Of a DNA stretch of 64,000 nucleotides, positions 56,451-64,000 are shown piece after piece. The notes beneath the pieces are model-generated. The model was not told the DNA's origin. It did no database searches and was given only the letters and a program-made list of their open reading frames with translations. Each line of letters starts with the position of its first letter. Position 1 is the first letter of the stretch. The DNA comes from Myxococcales bacterium (GTDB taxonomy: Bacteria > Myxococcota_A > Polyangia > Fen-1088): contig JANXXE010000218.1 of assembly GCA_025350815.1 (NCBI GenBank), positions 19,574 to 83,573 on the forward strand, written 5' to 3'. A program made the position numbers and the translations under genes.

Positions 56451-57622
56451 ACGACGCCCATCACCAGGTTGTCCCGTGTGATGAGGGCGTCGTAGCCGCG
56501 CGAGCCCAGAATCGCATCGATGTCGTCGCTGTGGCGCCCCGCCAGCTTGCGACACGCGTCCGCGTCGTAATTGGCCAGGCCCCGGCCGTGCACCCGCCCG
56601 CTGCCGTCGCGGATCTCGACCACGTCGCCCTGGTCGAAGTTCCCGTCCACGCCGACCACGCCAATGGGCAGCAGTGATGCCTTCTGCTCGGTCAGGGCCC
56701 GCAGGGCGCCGTCATTGACGATGAGCGCGCCCTGGTGCCGGCCCGACACGGCGATGTGGCGCATGCGCGCTGGTCTCTGACCGGCCGACGGGATCAATGT
56801 TCCGATGTCCTCGCCCGCGAGGATCCGCTCGACGACGTTAACCTCGGCGCCGTTGGCTATCACGACCGTCGTCCCTTCCGTCGTGGCCAGACGAGCGGCC
56901 TCCAGTTTGCTGGTCATGCCGCCCGTGCCGCCGCTGGACCCGCCCCCCGCGCGTGCCAGTGATTCGTCGTCGACGACGGACAGTTCCGCCACGCGCGTGG
57001 CGTTTGGATCCACCGCCGGGTTCAGCGTGTACAAGCCGTTCACGTTGGTCAGCATCACCAGCACGTCGGCGTCCAGACAGACAGCGACACGGGCAGACAG
57101 ACCGTCGTTGTCGCCAAAGACCGGCGCCGTGGCGTCGGCGGCGCCCGTGGTCTGACGGCGGTGCTCGACCAGTTCTTTGACGCTGACGCTGTCGTTCTCG
57201 TTCAGCACAGGAATGGTTCCCAGCTCCAAAAGCCGCATCAACGTCGTCCGCAGGCACAGGGCGCGATCCCGATCGCCCAGATCTTCCTGGGTCAGCAGCA
57301 CCTGCGCCGCCGTCACGCCCAGTTCCGCGAAGGCCTTGGCATATACCCCCATCAGATGCCCCTGGCCGACGGCGGCGCAGGCCTGGCGCAGACCCAGCGA
57401 CCGGGGTCGTTCCCTGAGACCCAGCACGCGCATTCCCATGCCGACCGCTCCGCTCGATACAAGAACCACTTCGCGGCCACCCGCGCGGAGCCGCGCCAGA
57501 CTTTCAATGAGGCCGCGCAGGCGCTCGATCGCCAGGTCGACCCCGTCGTGAGTGACGACGTGTGTGCCCAGCTTGACGACAAGACGGTGAGCGTCAGCGA
57601 GGCTGCGGCGCGTGGGCGACAT
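56447..57622 (-). CDS. proB: glutamate 5-kinase with PUA domain
   Basis: [11 protein letters not shown]...[11 protein letters not shown]... amino-acid-kinase fold plus a C-terminal PUA domain. Confidence 0.85.
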   Translation of the reverse strand: MSPTRRSLADAHRLVVKLGTHVVTHDGVDLAIERLRGLIESLARLRAGGREVVLVSSGAVGMGMRVLGLRERPRSLGLRQACAAVGQGHLMGVYAKAFAELGVTAAQVLLTQEDLGDRDRALCLRTTLMRLLELGTIPVLNENDSVSVKELVEHRRQTTGAADATAPVFGDNDGLSARVAVCLDADVLVMLTNVNGLYTLNPAVDPNATRVAELSVVDDESLARAGGGSSGGTGGMTSKLEAARLATTEGTTVVIANGAEVNVVERILAGEDIGTLIPSAGQRPARMRHIAVSGRHQGALIVNDGALRALTEQKASLLPIGVVGVDGNFDQGDVVEIRDGSGRVHGRGLANYDADACRKLAGRHSDDIDAILGSRGYDALITRDNLVMGVV

Positions 57623-57711
57623 GGGCAGGCTGCAATTTACCCTATTTGGGTCGCGCGGCCGCGCCCGCGCAGACCTTTGCCTCGGCCGCATCTTCATGTC
57701 GTAATGGCCGC

Positions 57712-58530
57712 ATGCTGGAAGGGAACAATTCGTTGGCTGTCATCGGCTGCGGGACCATGGGCGAGGCCATCGTCCGGGGGATATTTCGCTCGGGCAAGCT
57801 GACGCCCGCACAGGTTTTTGCCACTGATCGGCGCGTCGAGCTGGTGCGCGAGTTGGCAGAACGGCATGGCATGCGGACCAGCACCGACAACCTGGAGGCG
57901 GCCAAAGCGGCGCAAGTGGCCCTGGTTTGTCTCAAGCCCCAGCACATGGGCGCGGCGCTCGATTCCGAGGCCATGCGCGCGGCGCTGGCGGGCAAGCTGG
58001 TCATCAGTATCGCTGCGGGCGTGCGGCTGGCGCAGATCGCCGCGTGGTTGCCCGGCAGCCCGCTTATCCGCGCAATGCCCAACACGCCGGCCGTCATCGG
58101 CGAGGGCATGACCGTTCTGGCACGCGGCAAGGGCGTCACAGATGCCCAGATTGCGCTGGCTTCCGAGATCTTCAAGGCCGTGGGCCGCTGCACCGAGATC
58201 GACGAGGCCAACATGGACGTCGTCACTGCGCTGAACGGCAGCGGGCCGGCGTTCGCGTACCTGGTACTCGAAGCGCTGGCCGACGGTGCGGTCATGATGG
58301 GCTTGCGCCGGGACGCCGCGGTTTCGATTGCTGCCCAGATGCTTCAGGGGGCCGCGCGGATGGTGCTTGAAACGGGTCTGCACCCGGCCGCTTTGAAGGA
58401 CCAGGTGACCACGCCCGCCGGGTGCACCATCGCCGGACTTCTGACCCTGGAAGACGGCCGCATTCGTTCCGTCGTGGCCCGCGCCGTGGAAGAGGCGACG
58501 CGCGTCGCCGGGAAACTGGGACAAAGCTAG
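57712..58530 (+). CDS. proC: pyrroline-5-carboxylate reductase
   Basis: LAVIGCGTMGEAIVRG Rossmann motif. P5CR C-terminal dimerisation region. Divergent from proB. Confidence 0.85.
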   Translation: MLEGNNSLAVIGCGTMGEAIVRGIFRSGKLTPAQVFATDRRVELVRELAERHGMRTSTDNLEAAKAAQVALVCLKPQHMGAALDSEAMRAALAGKLVISIAAGVRLAQIAAWLPGSPLIRAMPNTPAVIGEGMTVLARGKGVTDAQIALASEIFKAVGRCTEIDEANMDVVTALNGSGPAFAYLVLEALADGAVMMGLRRDAAVSIAAQMLQGAARMVLETGLHPAALKDQVTTPAGCTIAGLLTLEDGRIRSVVARAVEEATRVAGKLGQS

Positions 58531-58542
58531 GACGCACCACAG

Positions 58543-59700
58543 GTGGCCGAGATTCGCGTTCCGATGGTTCGTCCCGGGCTGGGTGAGGTCGAGGCCGAGG
58601 CTGCCGCGCGGGTGGTTCGTTCGGGCTGGGTCGCGCAGGGGCCCGAGGTGGCGGCTTTCGAGGCCGAGCTTGCCGCCGCCGTCGGGGCCACGCACGCCGT
58701 GGCGGTCGCGAACGGGACCGTGGCGCTGGAACTTGCGCTGCGCGCGCTGGGCGTCGGGCCGGGTGACGACGTGGTCACCGTCAGCCACAGCTTCATCGCG
58801 ACCACCAACGTGGTGCATACGGTGGGGGCGCGCCCCGTCTTCGTCGACGTCGAGCGCGACACCTACGGCATGGATCCGGCGTTGCTGCCGGCCGCCCTCA
58901 CGCCGCGAACGAAGGCAGTTTTGTGTGTGCACCAGCTAGGTTTTCCCTGCGCCATAGAACGCATCGTCGCCATCGCGGACCAGCGCGGCATTCCCGTCAT
59001 AGAGGACGCCGCGTGTGCCCTTGGCACTGAGGTGCGCATGGGCGGCGCGTTCCAGCGCATCGGCCGGCCTTACGGGCGCATCGCCTGTTTTTCGTTTCAC
59101 CCACGCAAGATCATCACCACCGGGGATGGCGGCATGGTGACCACGAATGATGCGCAACTGGCGGCCCGCTGTCGGTCGCTGCGCCAGCATGCGGCGACGT
59201 CCACCGCCGAGGCGCGAGATCGCAATCCTTTGGCCAGCGAGGCTTATCTTGAACCCGCCTACAACTTTAGGCTGACCGATCTGGCGGCGGCGGTCGGGCG
59301 TCCGCAGCTGGCGCGTCTGGATCAGGCGATTTCCGAACGCCGGCGCCTGGCCGCGGTATACGCGGAAGCGCTGGCCGGGCACCCGGCGCTGGTGGCGCCC
59401 ACAGAACGCCCGGATGCCCGCTGCAACTGGCAAAGCTACCCCGTGACCGTGCGGCCGGCAGGCGCCTGGAACCAGGACCGGGTGCTCCGACACCTTCACG
59501 ACCGGGGCATCGCCAGCCGCCGGGGTCTGACCAACGCCCATCAGGAGCCGGCCTACGCCGCGCGGGGATCATGGGGCGGCGGACCGCTGCCGGTGTCCGA
59601 GTCCTTACGGGATAACACGGTGATGCTGCCCCTGTTTCACGGCATGACGGCGCCGGAAACCGACGAGGTGCTTAGCGCCCTACGCGAGATCAGGGGGTAG
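58543..59700 (+). CDS. DegT/DnrJ/EryC1/StrS family aminotransferase (no. 3)
   Basis: DegT-like throughout (EAEAAARVVRSGWVAQGPEV...; FSFHPRKIITTGDGG). Confidence 0.8.
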   Translation: MAEIRVPMVRPGLGEVEAEAAARVVRSGWVAQGPEVAAFEAELAAAVGATHAVAVANGTVALELALRALGVGPGDDVVTVSHSFIATTNVVHTVGARPVFVDVERDTYGMDPALLPAALTPRTKAVLCVHQLGFPCAIERIVAIADQRGIPVIEDAACALGTEVRMGGAFQRIGRPYGRIACFSFHPRKIITTGDGGMVTTNDAQLAARCRSLRQHAATSTAEARDRNPLASEAYLEPAYNFRLTDLAAAVGRPQLARLDQAISERRRLAAVYAEALAGHPALVAPTERPDARCNWQSYPVTVRPAGAWNQDRVLRHLHDRGIASRRGLTNAHQEPAYAARGSWGGGPLPVSESLRDNTVMLPLFHGMTAPETDEVLSALREIRG

Positions 59701-59768
59701 GCGCCCGCGGCCGTCTTTGTGTTTCCACCGACCGCTGTGTCTAAACCCTTCGAAAGGAGACACGCAAA

Positions 59769-60782
59769 ATGATTCGTCGCTTCATCTTTTCTTCGAATGC
59801 CCTTTGGACTGGTTTGTCCGCGCTGACTCTGGCCATCGGTTGCCGCCCGGCCCCGGAGGCTGCCAGCGAATTCCGCAACGCCGTTCCCCGCAAGGAAACG
59901 GTCGCCATGATCGTACCGGCCCGAGCCGGGCAGGCGCTAACGCAGGCGGTGACAGCGGAAAGGCAGGCGCAGCCGGTGCGGGGCGCCACGGCCGAGCTTT
60001 ACCAGACAACCCGCGGGGTCAGTTTGATGGTCAACGGGGGCGGCGCCGTCGTCCTCGGACTGGTGAAGGCGGTGACCCACTATCCACCGACCAATCTGAC
60101 CAACAACACCGCGGTGTGGGGCCCCTGGACCGAGGCTCTGTCGCCCAACACCTGGAAGGTCACGGTCAACCGCGTGGCCGATCATCAGTACGAGTACAGA
60201 TTCGAGGGCAAGCCAAAGACGGCCGCCGATTCTGCCTTCGTGGTGGTGCTGTCGGGAACCCATATCCCGGCGCTCGACGCCGACGGCGATCCGGTCGAGG
60301 GCTTCGGCCGCGGAAGCTTCACGCTGGACTGGGACAAGGCGCAGACGCTGCCCGAGCACGACAAGAACGTCGGCAAGACCAGCTACACCTATTCGCATAT
60401 GGGCCCGCAACAGCTGGTCGATGTCACGGCCCAGTTCCGTCAGGTCCAGGACGACAAGACCGGCAAGCTGGTGGACGTCGACTATGCGTACGCGCAGCAG
60501 CCGGGCGGCGAGGGCAACCTGGACTTCACGTTCACGGCGCCCGGGACCATGCACCCGGCCCCCGGCAAGATGGCGGTCAAGAGCCGCTGGCAGCGCTCGG
60601 GCGCGGGCCGGTCGGACGTGACGGGCAGCGGGGGCGACCTGGCCACGCCGCTACACGCCTCCGAATGCTGGGACAGCAACTTCAGCAGCAGCTACCTGCA
60701 CGCGGACTGGGATCCGACAGGCGCCTACGGCACCGAGGCCACCGACTGCGTTTTTGCCACAGCAGTCTATTCGAGCCTTTGA
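59769..60782 (+). CDS. putative lipoprotein
   Basis: Lipobox LTLAIGC after a signal peptide. Strong AAAGGAGA ribosome-binding site. No known domain. Confidence 0.5.
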   Translation: MIRRFIFSSNALWTGLSALTLAIGCRPAPEAASEFRNAVPRKETVAMIVPARAGQALTQAVTAERQAQPVRGATAELYQTTRGVSLMVNGGGAVVLGLVKAVTHYPPTNLTNNTAVWGPWTEALSPNTWKVTVNRVADHQYEYRFEGKPKTAADSAFVVVLSGTHIPALDADGDPVEGFGRGSFTLDWDKAQTLPEHDKNVGKTSYTYSHMGPQQLVDVTAQFRQVQDDKTGKLVDVDYAYAQQPGGEGNLDFTFTAPGTMHPAPGKMAVKSRWQRSGAGRSDVTGSGGDLATPLHASECWDSNFSSSYLHADWDPTGAYGTEATDCVFATAVYSSL

Positions 60783-60801
60783 TGCGCGAAGGTCGTTCCC
60801 C

Positions 60802-61368
60802 ATGAACGACGGCGGCAAGCCCCGCTTGCAGGTCATCCGCGGCGACGGCGCCAGCGGGCAACCTGCGGGCGGGGAGCCCCTGCGCGTCCTGTACGAGAAA
60901 TACGGAGCGGGCGTGTATGGACGATGCGTGTACGTGCTGAAGGATCGCACCAAGGCCGAGGACGCCATGCAGGACGTGTTCGCAAAGGCACTGGAACATT
61001 ACGCGAGCTTTCGGGCCGACGCCTCCCCGCTGACCTGGCTCATGAAGATTGCGACGCACCATTGCCTGAATGTTTTGCGCGGCGAACGCGCTGGCTGGCG
61101 CGCCCGTTTCGACCAGGAACAAAGGGCCCGGCCGGCCGGGCACGGCGGGCCGCAGGTCTTCGAGATGCGGGATCTCGTGCGGCAATTGCTCGGCCGCGTT
61201 GATCTCGAAACCCAGCTGGCGGTCGTGCATTACCACGTCGACGAGATGACCCTCGAAGAAGTCGCTGCGCTGCTCGACCGGTCGGTGCCGACCATCCGCA
61301 AGCGCCTCGATGATTTTTCGTCTCTCTGTGAAAAGGAGCGTCGCCATGACGAGTCTGCCGGCCTTTAG
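60802..61368 (+). CDS. ECF-subfamily RNA polymerase sigma factor
   Basis: Sigma70 region 2 (…YGRCVYVLKDRTKAEDAMQDVF…) and region 4 (LEEVAALLDRSVPTIRKRL). Confidence 0.8.
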   Translation: MNDGGKPRLQVIRGDGASGQPAGGEPLRVLYEKYGAGVYGRCVYVLKDRTKAEDAMQDVFAKALEHYASFRADASPLTWLMKIATHHCLNVLRGERAGWRARFDQEQRARPAGHGGPQVFEMRDLVRQLLGRVDLETQLAVVHYHVDEMTLEEVAALLDRSVPTIRKRLDDFSSLCEKERRHDESAGL

Positions 61369-62155
61369 CCCTTCCGAACCTCCCGCCCGCGGCGCCCATC
61401 CGGGTGAGCTGCGGCTGCGCCGATTTCGCGCCGGTGAGCTCGACCGCGACGAAAGCGAGTCCCTCACGCGCCACACCGCCGAATGCGGTCGCTGCCGCAG
61501 CGGGCTGCGCGCCCTGGAGGACGAACAGACACAGTTCGAGCAGGAGATCCCCTTTCCGCGTTTTGCCGGCGGTGTCGAGCGCGCACAGCGGGTGCCCCGC
61601 GCACGACCGCGGCGTCTGTGGGCCTTTGCCACCGTTGCCTTTGCTGCCGCAGCAGCGCTGCTTTTGGTGGTACGCACCAGCCCGCCCGGTGCCGGCAACA
61701 ATCGACTGAAGGGGGCCGACGATGCTGAGGGTGTCGTGCGCATCGCCGCCCCCGACGGCGGCGGTCAGCGTTCGGCCGAACAGGGTGTCGTCACCGTGCT
61801 GCTTCCCGGCGAGCTTATGCGCATCGGGTACCGCACGAGCGCGGCCGGATATCTGGCGGCGGTTTCCGTGGATGATGCGGGCAAGATCTCGCGACTTTAT
61901 CCTGCGGATGGCAAGTCGCTGGCCGTAACGGGTCAAGCGGGAACGGTTTTTCTACCCGACAGCCTGCAGCTGACGGGAGCGGGACGCGAGCGTCTGTTTC
62001 TGATCATCGCGGACCGGCCCCTTGGGGACGATGTTGCCGTGGCCGTTGGGGATGCCTGGCGCACGGGGCACGGGGATCTGGTGACCATGCCATTGCCGCA
62101 GTTGCTGGGCCCGGTACACGCACGACTATCGACCTGGCTATTTCAAAAGCCGTGA
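61346..62155 (+). CDS. anti-sigma factor (zinc-binding ZAS type, single TM)
   Basis: HTAECGRCRS matches the ZAS motif H-x3-C-x2-C. A TM helix (LWAFATVAFAAAAALLLVV) is followed by a periplasmic domain. The gene overlaps the sigma gene's 3' end and has an AAAAGGAG ribosome-binding site. Confidence 0.7.
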   Translation: MTSLPAFSPSEPPARGAHPGELRLRRFRAGELDRDESESLTRHTAECGRCRSGLRALEDEQTQFEQEIPFPRFAGGVERAQRVPRARPRRLWAFATVAFAAAAALLLVVRTSPPGAGNNRLKGADDAEGVVRIAAPDGGGQRSAEQGVVTVLLPGELMRIGYRTSAAGYLAAVSVDDAGKISRLYPADGKSLAVTGQAGTVFLPDSLQLTGAGRERLFLIIADRPLGDDVAVAVGDAWRTGHGDLVTMPLPQLLGPVHARLSTWLFQKP

Positions 62156-63783
62156 AGGCGCCGCGTCTCATGCTTGGTCCTTCGCGGGCGGCTCTTGTCG
62201 CCGCAATGGCGATGTGCGGGCTATTCGCTTCGCGCGCCCGGCAGACGGCCCTTGCGGCCACGGGACACCGACGGTTCGCGCTGGTTGTTGGCAACAATTC
62301 CGGGGGCGATGACACGCGACCGCTGCTGTACGCCACGCAGGACGCCCGCCGGATCCATTCACTGCTCACGGGCGCCGGCGGCGTCCATCCCGACGACGCA
62401 ATTCTGTTGCTCGACGGAACGTCCGACGAATTTTGGCGGGCACTGGGCGCGGTCGAGGCGAAAGTCGCGCACGCGGGGCAAGCCGGCGAGCGCACGGCGC
62501 TGGTCGTTTACTACTCGGGTCACGCGAAGGACGGTGTCCTGCGTCTGGGGCGAACCCACGTTCCCATGGCGGACGTCAAGGCGCATCTGACGGCGGCACC
62601 CGCAGACGTGCGGATTGGCATCTTCGATTCGTGTCGCTCAGGCGTGGTGACGCGCACAAAAGGGGCACGCCGCGCTCCCGCCTTCGAGGTCGAGGCCAAC
62701 AGCGGCGCCGAGACCCGCGGCGTGGTCATCCTGACATCCAGCGGCTTCGACGAGGATTCGCAAGAGGCCGACAGCATCGGGGGCAGTTACTTTTCGCACC
62801 ATCTGGTCAGCGGCCTGCGCGGTGACGCCGACCGTTCGGGCGACAAACGCGTCACCCTGTCCGAGGCCTATGCCTACGCCTACGCGCACACCGTCGCTGA
62901 CACGGCCGACAGCGCCGCCGGCGCCCAGCACCCGACCTTCAGCTACGATCTGAAGGGAAACGGCGATCTGGTCCTGACCGACATGGGCAGCTGGCGCGAG
63001 GGATTGGTTGTCCCCGCAGCGGCGCCGGCAGGAACCTACTTCGTCGTCGACAAAGACGTGATCGTCGCCGAGATCGTGAAGACCACGAACGTCGAGCGGC
63101 AGATCGCCGTCGGCCCCGGCCGCTACATGATCAAACGGCGCCTCGCGGATCGTCTTCGTATCGGCGAGGTGCGGATCAGCAGTGGACAGCTTCTTTCCCT
63201 TGACGAGACAACCCTGCACGACGCCCCGTTTTCAGACGATCCCGTGAAAGGGATCTCGCGCGAGCCAACGTCGCGCTTCAGCCTGGGCGTGGCGGGCAGC
63301 CTGCAAGCCTTTTTCGACGCCCCGACGCGCGACGGGTTGTTTCCACCCGCCGGTCTCGTCGGAGCAGAGCTGCTGGTGCGCGACTTCTTTCGGCGGAACT
63401 GGGTCTGGGGCGCCGATCTGGCGTTCGGGGGAACCCGCGGCACTTTGCTGCGCCCCACTATTACCCTGCCCTTTCGCTTCAGCGAGGTGGCGCTTGGCTC
63501 ATCGCTGTTTGCCGAATGGCCGTCGGCCAGTGGGCGCGTCGTTCCGTTCTTCGGAGCGCGGGTGGCGTTCATGTTCATGAGCCGCACCTTTGAAGGCAGC
63601 GCCATTCCCGCGCAGACCTTTTCGACGTTTTCCCCGGGATTGCTTGGGGGCGGCCGCTACCGCTTCAGCGACGGCGTCTCCGCCGTGGCGCGGGCGCGCG
63701 TCCACTACCTGCTGTACAACATCGACGAGAACCGCTCGCTTGGATACTGGGAACTGGCACTGGCGATGGCCTATGAATTCTAG
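62152..63783 (+). CDS. caspase-like (peptidase C14) domain protein with C-terminal beta-barrel-like domain
   Basis: Signal peptide, then FALVVGNNSGGDDTRPLLYATQDARRI…YYSGHA (His)…FDSCRSG (Cys), the caspase catalytic dyad layout. The last ~200 aa are alternating amphipathic strands ending …LAMAYEF. Confidence 0.65.
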   Translation: MKAPRLMLGPSRAALVAAMAMCGLFASRARQTALAATGHRRFALVVGNNSGGDDTRPLLYATQDARRIHSLLTGAGGVHPDDAILLLDGTSDEFWRALGAVEAKVAHAGQAGERTALVVYYSGHAKDGVLRLGRTHVPMADVKAHLTAAPADVRIGIFDSCRSGVVTRTKGARRAPAFEVEANSGAETRGVVILTSSGFDEDSQEADSIGGSYFSHHLVSGLRGDADRSGDKRVTLSEAYAYAYAHTVADTADSAAGAQHPTFSYDLKGNGDLVLTDMGSWREGLVVPAAAPAGTYFVVDKDVIVAEIVKTTNVERQIAVGPGRYMIKRRLADRLRIGEVRISSGQLLSLDETTLHDAPFSDDPVKGISREPTSRFSLGVAGSLQAFFDAPTRDGLFPPAGLVGAELLVRDFFRRNWVWGADLAFGGTRGTLLRPTITLPFRFSEVALGSSLFAEWPSASGRVVPFFGARVAFMFMSRTFEGSAIPAQTFSTFSPGLLGGGRYRFSDGVSAVARARVHYLLYNIDENRSLGYWELALAMAYEF

Positions 63784-63793
63784 GAGACGCGGG

Positions 63794-64000
63794 ATGAAGG
63801 GCATTACACGTGTGTGGTTGGCAACGGCGTTGCTGGGCGCCTGCGGCGGCAATTATTCGAATGAAGATTTGGATTTCCAGGCCGCCCTGCCCGAACACGA
63901 TGATCTGGTGGCCAAGCTGCCCGCGCAGGCCCTGACCACCGCCGATTCCGCCGAGTACTACCGAACCACCCGCGACGTGGTGAAGATCTTCAACACCGTT
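63794..64000 (+). CDS. putative lipoprotein (3'-truncated at window edge)
   Basis: GGAG ribosome-binding site. MKGITRVWLATALLGACGG lipobox. The open frame runs to the end of the window. Confidence 0.5.
   Translation, partial: MKGITRVWLATALLGACGGNYSNEDLDFQAALPEHDDLVAKLPAQALTTADSAEYYRTTRDVVKIFNTV

Overview
This is a 64-kb window of high-GC (about 68-70%) bacterial chromosome with almost no non-coding space. I recognised no rRNA, tRNA, CRISPR array, transposase or phage gene. The gene content (giant TPR proteins, a tyrosine autokinase, a Glt/Nfs-like envelope operon, many ECF-type regulators) suggests a Myxococcota-like deltaproteobacterium, but that is inference I cannot verify here.

The window falls into three blocks.

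(1) Positions 1-26367 hold a large Wzy/Wzc/Wza-type surface-polysaccharide (EPS/O-antigen-like) locus.
- It includes a partial ManC and a HAD phosphatase.
- Two tandem paralogous GT-B-like proteins share a SWDNLSSKG motif.
- There are two O-antigen-ligase (Wzy_C) proteins, one fused to TPR repeats.
- A SAM methyltransferase, a Wzc tyrosine autokinase, GT4 glycosyltransferases and a PglC/WcaJ-type sugar transferase are present.
- An embedded nonulosonic-acid (sialic/legionaminic/pseudaminic-like) module contains a NeuB-like synthase, two NeuA-like cytidylyltransferases, a NeuC/WecB-like 2-epimerase, a PglF/CapD-type 4,6-dehydratase, two DegT aminotransferases, an SDR epimerase, a WbqC-like protein, a PIG-L deacetylase and an uncharacterised nucleotidyltransferase.
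- No Wzx flippase is visible.

(2) Positions 26386-38181 hold an eight-gene minus-strand operon whose architecture resembles the myxobacterial Agl-Glt gliding / Nfs spore-coat envelope-spanning complexes.
- It encodes a secreted Pro/Ala-rich protein.
- Three TPR proteins follow, one of 1188 aa.
- There is a small periplasmic protein.
- An inner-membrane protein carries a K/E-rich linker and a TonB-C-like domain.
- A small secreted protein and an outer-membrane beta-barrel complete the set.
- The upstream intergenic region carries a duplicated motif overlapping a sigma70-like promoter.

(3) Positions 38457-64000 are mostly housekeeping.
- obg-rpmA-rplU.
- A solitary FHIPEP (FlhA/SctV) gene.
- A tandem-M16 zinc peptidase and an MFS transporter.
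- A sulfur-assimilation block: sirC-cobA-rrf2-cysA-cysK and a ferredoxin-type sulfite reductase.
- proA, proB coupled to a threonine aldolase, and proC.
- A third DegT aminotransferase.
- A lipoprotein / ECF-sigma / ZAS anti-sigma / caspase-like(C14) + beta-barrel operon.
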